Shown piece after piece: positions 1 to 14,387 of a stretch of DNA of 64,000 nucleotides. The stretch is from Paragordius varius (lineage: Eukaryota; Animalia; Nematomorpha). Under the pieces are notes generated by a model. The model worked only from the letters and a program-made list of their open reading frames with translations, was not told where the DNA came from and did not search any database. The DNA is taken from NCBI GenBank assembly GCA_964247055.1, contig OZ176050.1, positions 12,090,001 through 12,154,000 on the forward strand, given 5' to 3'. Within the stretch, counting starts at the first letter, position 1. Each line of letters starts with the position of its first letter. A program made the position numbers and the translations under genes.

Positions 1-21
1 CGAAAACATTAGTATATAAGG

Positions 22-1035
22 TTAAACCTTTTCCGGGGTGTATGACGATTTTACGTAAGCATGTATATCAAGGAGTCGACTAAAAGTTGGATTTGTTATA
101 TCTGAAACCTTATCTGCCATAGAAAGAGCTGTATTTCCAAACGGTCGAACACCTATACCGACTCCCGACGTTCCAGGAGCTCCATCATCAGAATTTATAC
201 CAGAACGTGAATCTACAAAGTGAAAAATAAAATTATAAAATATATTAAAGCCTGGCTTGTTTTAACTTTAATTACGCTTATAATAATGATAAGTGAAAAA
301 TATATAAATTGAGTTAGATACCAATTTACATATTAATTATTTTGCTACTCAAAACGATGCGTTCCATTTAAAAAATTGAGGTTTAAAAAGTATGGTTGCC
401 TTTTCAAAAAAAGGGTTTAAGCTTTTGTCCTTATATTTTAGTATTTAATGTAGAAAAAATGTTTTCAACTATTCAAGTTTCCTATAAAAAGTTTAAGACC
501 AAAAAAATGTTAATCATTGTACATCATATGTAAAAGTTGATTATTATATTTTTGGAAAATCATCCAGAAATGAATGATGAATCAATCATTCGTTATTATC
601 TTATAATAATCTAAAATGGAATGAATAAGGACTTGGTTTTTCGGGTGTACTGCTGAAAAGACCACTTTGTAAAGTTGTTGATTGTGTTGAATCAGTCTCA
701 GAAACGGGAGCTGATGTTAACGATGATATCGCAACTTGTTTGGGCAATTTTTGTTGGATCGTGGGAGATTGTGTGGACAAAAGTTGTCGTTTAAGTTTTG
801 GCTAAAGGGATATATATATGTATATATATATAAAATTTATATGAAAGTCCAGCAATTAAAACAAAGGAGACACCAGTATAATGAATGACCTTTGAATAAT
901 TCTTACCATGGCTTAATGACAAAGTTTACACCTAGTGTAGGGTATAACAGATAATAAATGAATTAACCGTTAATATGGACGCTTTAAATATAACAGGTAA
1001 ATATTTTAACATTATCAGTGTGAAATTGTCGATTA

Positions 1036-1074
<39 letters not shown>

Positions 1075-4000
1075 CTAAAATTTAAAGTTTTTATCAAATT
1101 GTTTGTTAGATATTTTATTTAAAAGACTATAAAAGCCAATTTGATAATACGTTTGTTTTATTAACAATATACATTTATTGCGACAATAATTAACTGAGTA
1201 TGGCAATAAATAAACTATCAAACCGTATAGTTAACCAAAAACCTAAAACCATCTAACATTATTGACAAATGAATGAAAATTTTCCTTACTGAGAGAGGAG
1301 CTATTGATTGTGTTGGGCTATTTAAAAACGCGGCTATAGATTCGTTTGACATTAAATCGATTCTGGGTAAACGTCTTATGGTAGATGTTATCCAATCCGT
1401 CCAGAAAAAGTATTGAGGTGTCAGCGTTAAAGCAAATGGATGTTTCCTTACCATAGATACATGCGTTTGAATATTTTTCCCATCTAAGTTACATGAAGCT
1501 AAAATGTCACGTTTTGCATCAACCCAAAAAAGCCGTTTATCTATATCATTATACAACATAATAAATTAAGCTCTATTTTATAATATCGGTAAGTTTTGTG
1601 AAATATATATGGAATCATTTCGTAAAAATATTAATTATGTTTTTTATAAAAAAAAGAAGAAAAACTATTAAAGATCATTTCGATATAATGTTTTTTGAAC
1701 TAAAAAGAGATTTATAAATATAAGTTATTGCTAAAGATAGAGCAACTTATAATTATAATTGAAATTTTTCAAATTTGCTAACTTTGTTTATCCAAAGATA
1801 ACCCATTAGGCCAAACTATATCATCTTCAATGAGCGTTTTTCGGTTAGTCCCATCCATGTAAGCCTTTTCAATTTTGGCATGAACACCCCAATCAGTCCA
1901 ATACATATATCTTTTGTTAAAAAAAATATTTTTTATTAATCAATTATTAAAAAATATCTTAAATAATGGAATATATATAGGTATCAGCATAAAAGATATA
2001 TTTCCGAAAAAATACCATAAAATTTATTAATAAATCGTATTTCATATCAATTTCCTTGATATTCAAGATTTCAAATTTACCTTCAATTTTTGGGAAAAAA
2101 TTTAATAGTTAACAAACTGGAGTGGAATAGATAAAATAGTAAAGTCAAAGAGAAAATTATCGCTTAAAAACATATATAATTTTGGCGTTACAGTAAAATC
2201 TGGAAAAAAATGTTCTGAAAATATTAACGAGTGATTTTCAGTGTTAGGGGCTAATTTAAAGTGTCAAAACATAATTTAACAATAAAATGTTTAAATAAAA
2301 ACTTACCCATTCTCAGAATCTAATTGAATGGCCCGTGGTTCATCCAAATTATCGGTGACAATGTCGCGATGTTTTAAGCCATCGAGTGTAAGAACACTTA
2401 TAACATTGCGTCCTGTATCGCTGTAATATATTAGCCGGATGTATGGGTCAAGAGTTAAACCGTCAGGCAAAGAAACTAAATTTATAACGAGATTAATATA
2501 TTTTTCATAAATAAAAATTTATATATATACTCTTATGAAACAAATAGGCGGGAGTAGTATAGGTAAAATATTTAAAAAATATTTTTTCACTTTTATAAAT
2601 GGGAATTCGTTGCCAACACAGTGCGGTTTGAATGTAATTTTTAAATAAAATCCACTTTTCTGTTAAAAATTTTAGCATCAAATGTTTTGGGCTTATTATA
2701 AAAAAATCAAAAAATATAAGATTTAAAAAATCATTGGCAAATATATATTGCAGAAATAATTTCTTTTCACAAAATTAGTAGAGTTTAAATTTAAACTGCA
2801 AAACGTATAAAATATTAATATATAATGAAGTTTCAAATATAATTATTGAATAATATAATTATTTTACCATTCGTTAGCAGTGTTTTAACAATGTCAAATC
2901 TATCTCCGTCAAGACCGGCCCTCTTAATACTCCGGTCTCTGACATCGGACCAATAAATGAGTTTATCAACTGGATCATAGTCTAGGGCCGCGGGTCTACT
3001 GTGATTCAAATAGGGAATTGCATGATACTTTTTGGGATCTTTTGCAGACATAATGAAAATGTCTGGCAAGACACCATCGGCAAATAGCAAGAATTCATCA
3101 AAAATTTCAGCTATATAATAAGGGATAAAACTATGAAATAAGTTAGGTTTAACCGATAAATAAAATCCAGTGTGAGTGCTTATAATTGCCAATATTTACT
3201 CTAATCGAGAAATATATGAGTTTTACTAAAGTAACACGAAATTATACTTAATCAATCAAACTGATTCTAATAGTGTAATGAACGATTAATAAAAATTAAA
3301 GAAATTTCAGTCAAATTCACTATTTTTTTAATAAATTTAAGTTTCGCTTACCATTATATAATAAATATATTATTTCAATTTGAATATATATTTTTGACCT
3401 TTTCCATTATTTTCCATTACTTTATAAATGTATAAATCATGAGATAGGCATATTTCAAATATTTTTGACTAGCTATTATTTGAAAACAACGTCATAATAC
3501 CTATCAAAGTCATAACTGAATTTAAAAACGGTATAGTTATAACTTACTTTGTGATGAGCAAGTCTGTTTATCGGGTGATAGAATAAGCCCATCGGGACAA
3601 GCACACGTAACTCTCCGACCCCCGGCAGATTGAGGTAAAGGCAAACAAATATGCGAACATCCCCCATTAGTATAAGCACATCCATTAATTAAAGCCGTGC
3701 GATTTTTGAGGTATACTCTGAGTGTACCTGAATAAAAAATAAGGGATATTAAAATATGACTATTCAAAGCTTTTCGATTTAAAATCTTAGTAATATATCA
3801 CATTAAAATATTTTAGGGATAAAAAGTTGCGTATTAATCTTTAGCATTTATGTTAGAGATTAAGTAAAAACGCAAAATTCATATACAATGCTAATAAGTT
3901 AAAATGACTATTGTAATAAATTAAAGATTTCGTTTATAATTTCGACCGTATTTTACAATAATTTCGTAATTTTAGAGATTAAATAAAAAAAGTAAAAACA

Positions 4001-6839
4001 CAGAATTCATATACAATGCTAATAAATTTAATGACTATTGTTATAAATTAAAGATTTTGTTTTATATTCGAACATTCTTTACATAAATATATACCTAAAC
4101 GGCTAAAAACTTTAGGACCAAGACTGAGTTTATCATTGTATTGCCCATGTTTAGGGGATCTAAGGATATTGGAACGTGTCCAATCAGACCAATAAATAAA
4201 ATTGTCATCTATGGCTATACCATAGGGATGTATGGAAGTTCCAAAAAATATGATTGAACGATTTGTCCCATCGTAGGACATACGTTCGATTTTATCGAGC
4301 CTAGCATCACACCAATACACTTGTTTTTCTATAAAATGAAATATTTGATTAATTAAAAAATACCGCTTTCATTTTAACATTTTAATGTCCTAGGATCAGA
4401 TAATCAAATAATATAATATATTTTAAGATAATAATTTGTATTCTAGTAAATTTATCAAAATCAAACTATATCCAAAATTTTCGATACATGAGAGTATCTT
4501 TTTCAATGGATTAAACTATTAATCTTATTATTATTTTCCTTTGTTATAGTTTAATCCATTGAAAAAGATACTCTCATGTATCGAAAATTTTGGATATAGT
4601 TTGATTTTGATAAATTTTACGAGAATACAAATTATTATCTTAACATAAAATATTCGTTCTCGTTGATAATATTAATATATTATATTATTTATACTCCCCG
4701 TTTTGGCCCTTAAATTATATGATGTATGATTAAAAAATACCAATCGGTTTTATCTAAAATACATCCTTTACTTTAACAATAACTTTGTATAACAGAATGA
4801 AATATTTTTTCCAATTAATTTCAACACTTTTTTAATTAGCTAGAAAATTAGTGAAAATAAATGTTTAATATTATTTATAATCACTAAATTGTGAAATTTT
4901 TTAATAAATATTTAATTTATTATAAATAATAATGTTTCCGGTTAAAAAAGCGTCAAGAAAAAAATATACCTTTGTGATCAACGGTGATCCCCGTGGGATT
5001 ACTGACACTTTCGGAGGCTAAAACTTTAACGTTAGAGCCATCACCCCACGCCGATTTGATAGTAGGGGTGTCGCCCCATTCAGTCCAAAAAATTAATCTG
5101 AAACAGAAAATAAAAAAATAAATATTTATGTATTAAAATATTATAGACAAAAGCAAAAAATTTAAAGACAATACTTTTTTTAAAAAAAAAGACAACTATA
5201 TTTTTAAACCTTGATTTTAATATATTTAACCCATCAATTTGTGGTTAACAAAATAGGGAACAGGATATAAAACTCAATCGTATAATTCAAATTGTAATAA
5301 AAGTTAGTCGTATTTAAACTTAATTTCATTTTTGCTGATATTTTATAATATATATTTTATATATTATATAATCTAAGAAAAAAAGTTTTGTCAAATAATA
5401 TTTTACCCTTCCTCGGGATCTAAAGCAAGGGCTCTTGGGTCATCTAAGCCCGTGATGAGTACTTTATGATTATTTCCATCTAAATCCATAACGGCCATAA
5501 GTTTAAGTCCAGCATTATTGTAGTATATGAGTCGTGATAAACTATCGATAGCCATACCCGTGGGGTTTGATACTGTTTCATTGTATATTAAAAAATAAAT
5601 TTAAATTTAAGTTAAGAAGTTAGAGAAATTAAATAATTTTATTATGGATTAAGCTAAATTTGAAAGTTTAGATTATTGTAAAAGCAAATACACTCGGAAA
5701 AAACATTTAATTAAAGATTCAATCTTTGTTAATTAAATTTTGTCATAAAAACAACTGGATCCTTGTTTAAAATATACGCTATATGCACATTTTCCAAAAC
5801 ATAAAACTATTGTTTTAATATGTATAAAAGTTAAAAAATCAAACCTAAATCATTCAAGAATCTCATAGCACGTCCATTAACGGGACCTGTTGGGTCAATA
5901 TGAATCCTTCGAATAACTTTGGTGGCTTCATCGACCCAATAGACGAATCGTTCAACGGGATCATAATCAACGGCATCAGGTCTTTTAAGTTCCGTAATGG
6001 GTAAGAAATAATGCCGAGAATTATTGGCCATATCCATGATCATGACTTTACCTACAAGGTTTTTTTAGCAACATTTTAATATACCATTTACAATTCAATT
6101 TCACCCTTGAACAATTTAAATTCACCCTCGAACAATTAAAATTCACTTTTGAACAATTCATATACTCCCTAAAAATAAATTATGTGTTTTCGGGATAATA
6201 TAGCTCATCATTAATTTGAAATATATTTTTACGATATAAATTATTATTTTTTCATTATTAATTTTAAACAAAATTTCATTATTGAAAATTTTTATAAAAT
6301 AAAGGTAATATTTAATCTTAAAATACACATAATTGATTTAGGGTGAATTTAAATTGTAAAAAAGACTATGTATCTATCTAAAACATTTGTGACTGTAAAT
6401 ATAAATTCATATAAGGACATACTAATAAAACTTACGGTTTAAAAAAATAAATTATGATTAAAAACTATCCTTTTCGGTGAAAAGGTTCAATTTAAAATAT
6501 AAAATCTACTAGTAAAATTTAAATAAAATTATAAACTTTCTAATTAAACTTAAATTGTTTAAATTATCATGAAACACATATAACTAAAGGAATTTTTATA
6601 GGGTTAAAAATAGTTTTATTTATAAAAATTATAAAATTCCAACCTTGATATGAATCGCTAACGAGTAAAAACTCATCTAATGGTTTATAGCTATCACATG
6701 TATGACTATCAAACATTAGAGTGCTCCCGTCCTGGCATCCGCAAGTTTTACCTAAAATTTGACCATAAATATAGATATTTACTAAAAGGATAATTTTTTT
6801 ACCGTAAATAAAAGTATTTTTTTATTACATTTAACAAAT

Positions 6840-6891
<52 letters not shown>

Positions 6892-9800
6892 GTTGAAAAG
6901 CATATTCTAAATGAGATATAATATTAGGTAGTAACATATAACATCATAATTTATCATTAAATTTGACCTTTCGCTTACGCTTTTTCACTAAAGGATATAT
7001 ATGGATAAATATAAATTTAAATTTTATTTCATACCATTCTTGTTGCTTTTTTCATAATACTTTCAAAAAAAACTTTTTTTGTCATATTTCATAATTTAAC
7101 AAAAAACAGCATAAAATTTTGATTTATGTCATATAGCGCTATTTTTTAAAAATTCGTTATACCTAATAAATTTCCGGTTGTTTCGGTAGGATCGGTGGTG
7201 GAAAGAGGCGTTGGAAAACATAATTGATTACAGTCACCATTGTTTTTAGCACATGGACTGTTAGCTAAATACATATATATAACGTTAAAAATCAAAAAAA
7301 TTCAATGTCAAAACTAAAATATCCATTATATAATTATAGTAGAAGGCATATTGTCTTGTTTTTTAATTTAACTGCTAAAATGATTCCATATACCAAAATA
7401 CGTATCTAATAATAATTACTTTTATCCAAAAAATATTAATTTAAAATATTTCAAAACTCTGAAAAGTTTACAACTATTAAAACTTTAACATAAAATATAT
7501 GCTACAAACATATTTTTTTAACTTACCAATAAGCTCCTTTGTTTGTGCCTCCGAATAAATTTTTATGTCACCAAGTTTGTCGAATAATCGATCCACAGGG
7601 TCAACCACATGATGTGCATCTCTTTCTGTCTTTTTAAGTGCTAAAATTTTGCTTTGACTCCAATCTGACCATATGAGATGATCTTGATACAATGTTAGGC
7701 CAAAAGGGTATATAACTTTCGTTTCTAACACAACTTGACGACTAGATCCATCCAAATTTGCAACTTCAATCTTTTTAAGTTTAGCATCTCCCCAATAAAG
7801 TTTACGTTCTAAGCAAAACAAAATAGCAAATATAATGAATGTTTAACATTTAAACAATGCTCGAACAAATTTTATATTTTTAATATTTTAATAGTACAAC
7901 TTATTCGTCTAATGTTAGGGAAGCCAGAAAATAAAATTAGTATGCGTGCAGCCTTTTGCGAAATGCTTTGAATCAAAAAAAAATATTAGTTGTTACGATA
8001 GTTTTTGTATTTTTGTTAAAATATTTTGTACAAGTATGTGCATAAATACATACTTTTTTATGGCCATGATATACAAATATATTAGCTAACCAAAAATCAA
8101 TTAAAAATTAATCAGCAAATCGATAATAAAATACCTTTTTGATCAACTGCTAAACTCCAAGGCATAACAAGTTTAGTGTCAATAATTACCATGCGGTTAG
8201 ATCCGTCCATATTCGCACGTTCTATTTTAGGTGGGTGTCCCCAATCAGTCCAAAACAATAATCTAAAATGAAAATAAATAAATTAATCCATTGTAATAAA
8301 ATAACTAATAAAAAGGTTGAATTTTATTGTGCTATATGCATTTCAATGTGTATTGATTTTTCATCAAATGTTATCCATTTTTATCATTGTTTTGGACAAA
8401 AGAAATGTGTTAAGGTTTAATGGCAACCCATTTTAACCAAAAATCCATAGAAAGATTAAAATGAGGCAAACTGCCAAATCCAAATGTTTAATCCTAATCA
8501 TACCCTAATTGTGGTGCAACTTGAATAGCTTTGACTTTTGTTGTGTTTTCATGAAATAATTCTTTGTGATAGAGTCCATCTAACCTCATAACGCTAATGG
8601 TATCGGTACCGGGATCCCCGTAATAAATTAATTTAGATACAGGGTCAACACTGACACCGGATGTGAGAGAATCTTAGCGAAAAAAATATATTTAAACTAA
8701 TAATAACGTTCTTAATTAAAAAAAGTTTAAAAATCATATATATCAATTAATTATATGTCTCTTTAAATGATAAACAATAGATTAATGGGTTAAATGACTC
8801 TAAAGCGATCTATATCAAAAAATAAACAGTAGTAAAGATTTTTCGACATCAGCCATAATTTTCTCCAAACAATAGATTATCCCAATTCACTCACCTATCG
8901 TCTGCTTATTTTACCTTTTCCTACATTTATGTCGTATCAAACAATTATACAAAACACATATTCAGATTTTTACTATTCATAATTTGTTTTTACTGTACGT
9001 TAACAATAGTAATGATTATATATATGTACTTAAAGGGTTTAGTTTTCGTATTATTTCAACGGATGATCCGTCAAAATTAAATCGTAAAATCGTTCCTGAC
9101 TGTGAATTGGTGGTATATATTCGCTTTTCAATCGGATCAATATCAAGGGCCAATGGGTTAGCCAAATTAGGGGGTGAGATCTCTGTCCCATTTTGTATTA
9201 GAAAAGATTCCGATATAGTGTATCGAAATATTTTATTTGACTCAGATTCGGGGAATATGATATAATCTGTGTTTATAAATTAAAATTACATATGATATAT
9301 GCATTTCAACTCTATGCATTATTTAGCAAGGTTAACATAAGGAAGTTAATTTTCTAAGTTTATAAATGGCCTATAAAACATTTTAAAAAAATTCTTTAAT
9401 TTACAAACTATTGTGCGTTTTGTTACAGAAAAAAAATTCAATTTTTATTAGGTTTATATATAAAAATGTACACTAATTTGTGGTTTTTTCAATTCCACAT
9501 ATAAAATTTTAATAATTTATGCCATGGGAAATAAGCAAGAACATCTGGAACATCCAAAAAATGGGAATAAATAGTACAGATACATTTATTTTTCCAAATT
9601 TTTATCGGTAATAAAAATAATAATTATCCAATGGAATTGAAAGGATAAAAAAATATATATCAATTTATTGATTTTGATGATTGATAAATGAGATTAGGAT
9701 ATGTTAATTCGGTTACCTCATATAAAAATAGACATTTCAATATTAATATCTAAATTCAATTTTAAGGGGGGTAGTCTGTAACCCTTATTTGTAGCAAGTT

Positions 9801-12800
9801 TCATGTGAAGTGTTAAATGCTTTTGTGTTAAAATTCAATTTATTATTTATATTTGATGTGCAGGAAAATTTTATTGTTTAATGTATAGTTAAAAAATTAA
9901 GTGTCAAATATATTGATTGAAAAATTTATTTGTATGAAAAAAAAAACAATTTATTTTTTAAATCATTTGATAAAAAGAAATATATATGGTTTTTAAAATG
10001 ACATAGCAAATTTAACAATTTTTTTATATTAATAATGGACGGGAAAAATTACATTTACGCTAAAATATTATTCGAATTTTGCACAATGCTTAAATTTTCA
10101 CTGGATAAACCAGAAAAATTCAATACGAGTCGATTATAATTGACAAAATATTTATAATAATAAATTAAATAAACATTTCGTATCATTAAACAGATGTATA
10201 TGTCCAAAAATGTTGGGTTTGAGACTGCCGAAGTCTTAATAGTTAAAAAACTAAATTTTTTAATTTGCTAAGAAAAGCTTGGGTACTAATGGTGCTTATT
10301 ATATGCGTTTTATTTTACCATGAAAAACCAATAACGTTCAAAACTAATTAAAATATTATATAATATGATTATACAAATTGTTTTCATTGCTTACTGAAAT
10401 TTTTTGTATATTTATTTTTAGAATATTTAGATTTCACTATATGATACCATTGATGTAATTTATTTAATTTTGATTCAGGCCAAAATAGAATAACTGAATT
10501 TCAACTTGAAGAACTTAAAACTAATTCCGAAAAATTTTCATGAGAGATCACGGTATATTTTTACCATAAACCTACTAAACCTGTCATTTTATTAATGAAC
10601 AATTATTATATTTGTCATTTTAATTGGCAATTAATATGGAACGACTATTGATTGATTAAAAATTTTAGACTGCATCTCAAAAATCTTTGCACAATATTAA
10701 TCTATATGCAATTATCAAAAAATAGGTTTTTTAAAAAAATGCATGTTTATTTAAACTATACAAATAAGGTAAAGCCTATTTACATTATTGTAAAAACATC
10801 ATGTCACGATCTTTACCGTTAAAATAATGTAGAATACGATATACGAATTTGTTTGTTGTTTAAAATAATTTTATAAGTAGATTGTCATAATTTAGGTTAC
10901 AAGATGTTATTATTACATAAAAGTAGATATGTAATATGTAATGTAATTTTTTATACTCCAGTATGAAAAACTTAGCATCTGTAAAACTAGATGACAAAGC
11001 GTTCATATAAAAACATCGAAAACTCTGACAAACATTATGACGCAAATGTTATTTAGTATTACATATATTTGAAAAAAAGGCATTTTGCACCGTTCTATGG
11101 GCCTGTGAAATTTCTCCATACTCAAATCAGTTCTATGATCGATTTTAAAATTAAATTTTAAACTAATAAAACGATTTGGTAAACGGGTACATTTTTCGGG
11201 TGTTACCTATAATGAAATTATTTGTAAGGCAGTGAGTGCATGGCAACACAGTCACAATTTGTACTATAATTTTTTAGATTCAGCTCTGAGTTTTAGGCTG
11301 GTCAGAATTATATCTTATAAATCGAGACATCTGTGGTCATGGTACCTTAAATGCAAACGTAAATTGGTTTAATAATGGAAATAATATACCATTTACAGTT
11401 CAAATTCGCCCTTAACACTTCGATTCAAATTGGGGTATCTAAATACCCCAGACTAAATTTAAATTAATATTTTTAAAAAACTACTGAAGGAAACGGTCCC
11501 AATTTAAATTTATGCTTCTATCCTTATAAATATTATATAAATATGCCAAAATCTTGATAAAATTTTGTTTTTTAAAAAAAACCTCCATCTCAAACTACTT
11601 CGACGCCATTTTTATTTCAAAAAATTTTTGCAAAATATCGTCTTTATTTAATTTTAAGGGTAAAACTAAAGCTAATTTTTTATATAAATTACATCTAACA
11701 TTGATAGAAATAGAAAAAGCGGTTTAGTTTGTATAATTTTTCAATTTTACAATTTGACACAAGCCACGTTGACGAAATTTTTACCTTTCGGTTTTAGCTT
11801 AAAATAAGTAATATCAAGTATTTTTGAATAAAATTTTTTTTATATTTCAGTTTATTAGTGTTAGATAAGTGCAAAATTTTGCCATGGTTTCGTTTCCTTC
11901 TATATTTTTTAAAGAATTTAATTTTAAACAGGCCTGGGGTATCCAACTACCCCAATTTGAATCGAAGGACTAAAATGAGTGTGTTGTATCCAAGTGTTAA
12001 CAATTCAAATTCCCGCCAAAAAAAATTGTGTTTTTATAAAAATTACCTATAATTAATTTAAATTTTCAAAAAAAGAAATATTGTTCAAAATTAATGTAAT
12101 ACTGAAAAACTAATAAACTATGACATAAAGATATATCACATATGAAAGTTACATTAGCCCGAAAACACATATTATATTTAGGGTGAATTTGAATTGTAAA
12201 TCGTATAATATTGATGTAAATTCGAGTAACAATTTGCATATTTTTTAAAATTTGACTAGATAAGTTCAGTCACGGAAATGCCTTTCATAAAATTTAACCG
12301 GCGATGCTAGCTTAATTCAATGTTTTAAAATTAGTAGTTACTCTTTAACACTTTGTATGAAACGATATATATATATATATAATTTATGACCTAGACTTTT
12401 TGAAAAGTTTAAAACGGTTTTATATATAATATGTATATATTTAAATTTGATTTTAATGTTATATATACTTTTGGTAAAAATATGATTAAAAAATCATTAT
12501 AAGAAATGGATATTTAATACGTAAAATTTGTCACTAAGCCATGTAGGATCGCAAAAATATGCGCAAATTAACGCCTAAAACACCTATTTTATTAAATTTT
12601 AATTTATATATAGATGTTAACCTGTTAATATAAAATGGAATTGCAACATAAATGTGAGAATAGTTATGAGGGATAAAATATTTATATGTATAAGAGATGA
12701 AATAGCATGTGGAAGACGTGGTGATATTTGAGCCCATACCCTGCGATTACTAGACGTCTTGGATAATAGGGAATCCGATTTTTGTGCTGATCTATTAAAA

Positions 12801-12940
12801 GTTTTATCACGCTTTTTACAAAATTTTATGGGTAAACTACCATCTTGCATATTCATAGCAACATTGTTATGTGAAAAATTGGCCGGGATATTATTGCATA
12901 TGTTCTTAAACATTGTATGTTGTTGTTGTTGGTTTAAAAC
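22..12940 (-). CDS. LDL-receptor-related (LRP-family) protein: N-terminal hydrophobic segment, three YWTD beta-propellers, two EGF modules and a Ser/Thr-rich stalk; 18 exons; 3' end may continue past the window edge
   Basis: Phase-consistent GT-AG exons: 12940(ATG 12913)-12622, 9266-9030, 8672-8504, 8262-8135, 7808-7527, 7264-7163, 6751-6644, 6051-5845, 5572-5407, 5097-4970, 4328-4095, 3727-3548, 3110-2868, 2475-2307, 1910-1783, 1540-1290, 801-633, 212-(28 donor or 22 stop). Motifs include [53 protein letters not shown], and EGF-like [14 protein letters not shown]...CACPDG and [14 protein letters not shown]...CGCQDG. Confidence 0.9.
1038..1072. repeat. (AT)n microsatellite
   Basis: Uninterrupted TA run in an LRP intron. 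Confidence 0.95.
3852..4075 (+). repeat. Intronic tandem duplication (two diverged ~100-120 bp copies)
   Basis: ttagagattaa...aattcatatacaatgctaataa...atgactattgt...aaattaaagattt occurs at ~3854 and again at ~3972. Confidence 0.8.
4423..4643. repeat. Near-perfect inverted repeat: ~97-bp arms, 26-nt loop, TTAA at both ends; possible young MITE
   Basis: Arm 4423-4519 is the reverse complement of 4546-4643 except for one mismatch and one 1-nt indel. Confidence 0.95.
5140..5290. mobile_element. MITE family F, partial copy
   Basis: Shares the aaatttaaagaca...aaagacaactata...ttgatttt terminal block with the copies at 28751 and 32525. Confidence 0.55.
6082..6360. mobile_element. MITE family A (TACCATTTAC termini; ~21-bp AATTCAAATTCACCCTTGAAC subterminal repeats)
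   Basis: Left end taccatttacaattcaatttcacccttgaac with repeated subunits; right end agggtgaatttaaattgtaaa (tip eroded). Confidence 0.85.
6842..6889. repeat. (AT)n microsatellite
   Basis: Uninterrupted TA run. Confidence 0.95.
11387..12205. mobile_element. MITE family A copy interrupted by a family B insertion
   Basis: Family A left end at 11387-11415 resumes at 12001 (caattcaaattc...) and ends gggtgaatttgaattgtaaatcgta. Confidence 0.85.
11416..11996 (+). mobile_element. Non-autonomous element family B, piggyBac-like (TTAA target duplication), 581 bp
   Basis: TTAA at 11412-11415 and 11997-12000. Termini CACTT...AAGTG. Asymmetric subterminal inverted repeat cttcgattcaaattgggg / ccccaatttgaatcgaag. 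Confidence 0.85.
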
Positions 12941-14387
12941 CTGTGTCGAATAAGATTTTTTATCGAATCTGAAGAATATAAGAAAGTTAAATAGATAGTT
13001 AGCGTGCCGCTTTTGTTTTTAACGTAGGCGTTAATTACTGTCACCACACGTTATGATAACTTTCTTTTATACATATGTAGTATATGTGGAGAGAAAACAA
13101 TATCAGAAAGTTATTCTTTTACGGTTTATTTCATTATTACTATTGTATAAACAAGACTAATTGTGATGATAAAGAGATGTATTTTGCGACAGAGAGCTCA
13201 GTTGTTAAAATTGTATTGTTTTTCTATTGGGTGCTTTGTAATTATGATGCGTTAAGGAATAAAGATTTTTTTCAACGTTTTTTTCTATAGCTATAGTATT
13301 TCAGATATGGTGCGCGTGTATGACAAACTGGTTGTAACACAAAAATTAAAAAATTAGTTTTAATCTGTTTAATTTTTTTCCTTTTTTTACAACTTTATAA
13401 ATACAAATGTTGTGTGTATGTGTTGTTTAGGTATACATAAGTTTAAGATTATAAAAAATATCAATTAAGGGTGTGTTTATAGAGGATATTCAATGTATAC
13501 TACACATATAACATATACATTGTATTAAATTTTGTCAATATGATGGATAGAGGATGACATAGGGAAAAATTATGTATAACATTGATAATTTTTGCTAATA
13601 GATATTTATTTCACAATTGTTAATTATTGATAGATGTTGAATAACACATTTTCAATTTCTTTTTTCGAATAATGGACAACTTATTTTATCACATAAAATT
13701 GGGAGGGATAATTTACAAAATGTCATTTTAACTTGTAGGAAAAACCAAATTTAAATATTTTATTATGAATAAAAAACAGATGTAAAATAATTTATGGTTA
13801 TTTTTCAAAAAAAATTATAAACATAACCAATTTTTGATGGAATGATAAATGGCAAAAAAAGATAAGAAGGATGATAAAAGGCAGGCTTTAATAAATTTTT
13901 TGTAATTTCAAAACCAAAAATATCTTGAAAATAATAATAATATTATATGCACATATTTATGTTTTTGTACTTAGTAAAAAAAGGGATTCAGTTGGTTGCA
14001 TTATTAGGAATTTTAAGCATGCATGCAATAAACCTTAAGTAAACATTTATTAGTAAATAAATGTTAGCAGAAAATAAATAAACTATTAACTTTATGAATT
14101 TTATAAGAATAAATATTTTTCTCCACGCATGCTATTTTTTTAGTTACTTAATTATTTTTCTATTGTTGTTTATATTACATATACATATAAGTACTAAAAT
14201 CCCCTGAAGATATGTTTTAATGGCAGGCAGGCATTATTCTTTTTTAATTTCGTTTTAAATTTAAGATATATTTAAACATATATTAATTATTTTTAAATGT
14301 GTATATTTTATTTAAATATATTTTCCCACGACCGCCCACACTTTTATGCATTCATAAATGCATTTTAACCGGTCAGATCCCACCTTA

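Noticed and set aside
6082-6180. Regular ~21-bp direct repeats resembling a CRISPR array
   Set aside because: There are no unique spacers, they are mirrored at the other end of a MITE, and the context is eukaryotic with no cas genes.
8984-9265. 93-aa plus-strand ORF
   Set aside because: Antisense shadow of LRP exon 2.
12759-12953. 64-aa plus-strand ORF, plus the overlapping minus ORF 12534-12737
   Set aside because: Shadow and off-frame readings of LRP exon 1.
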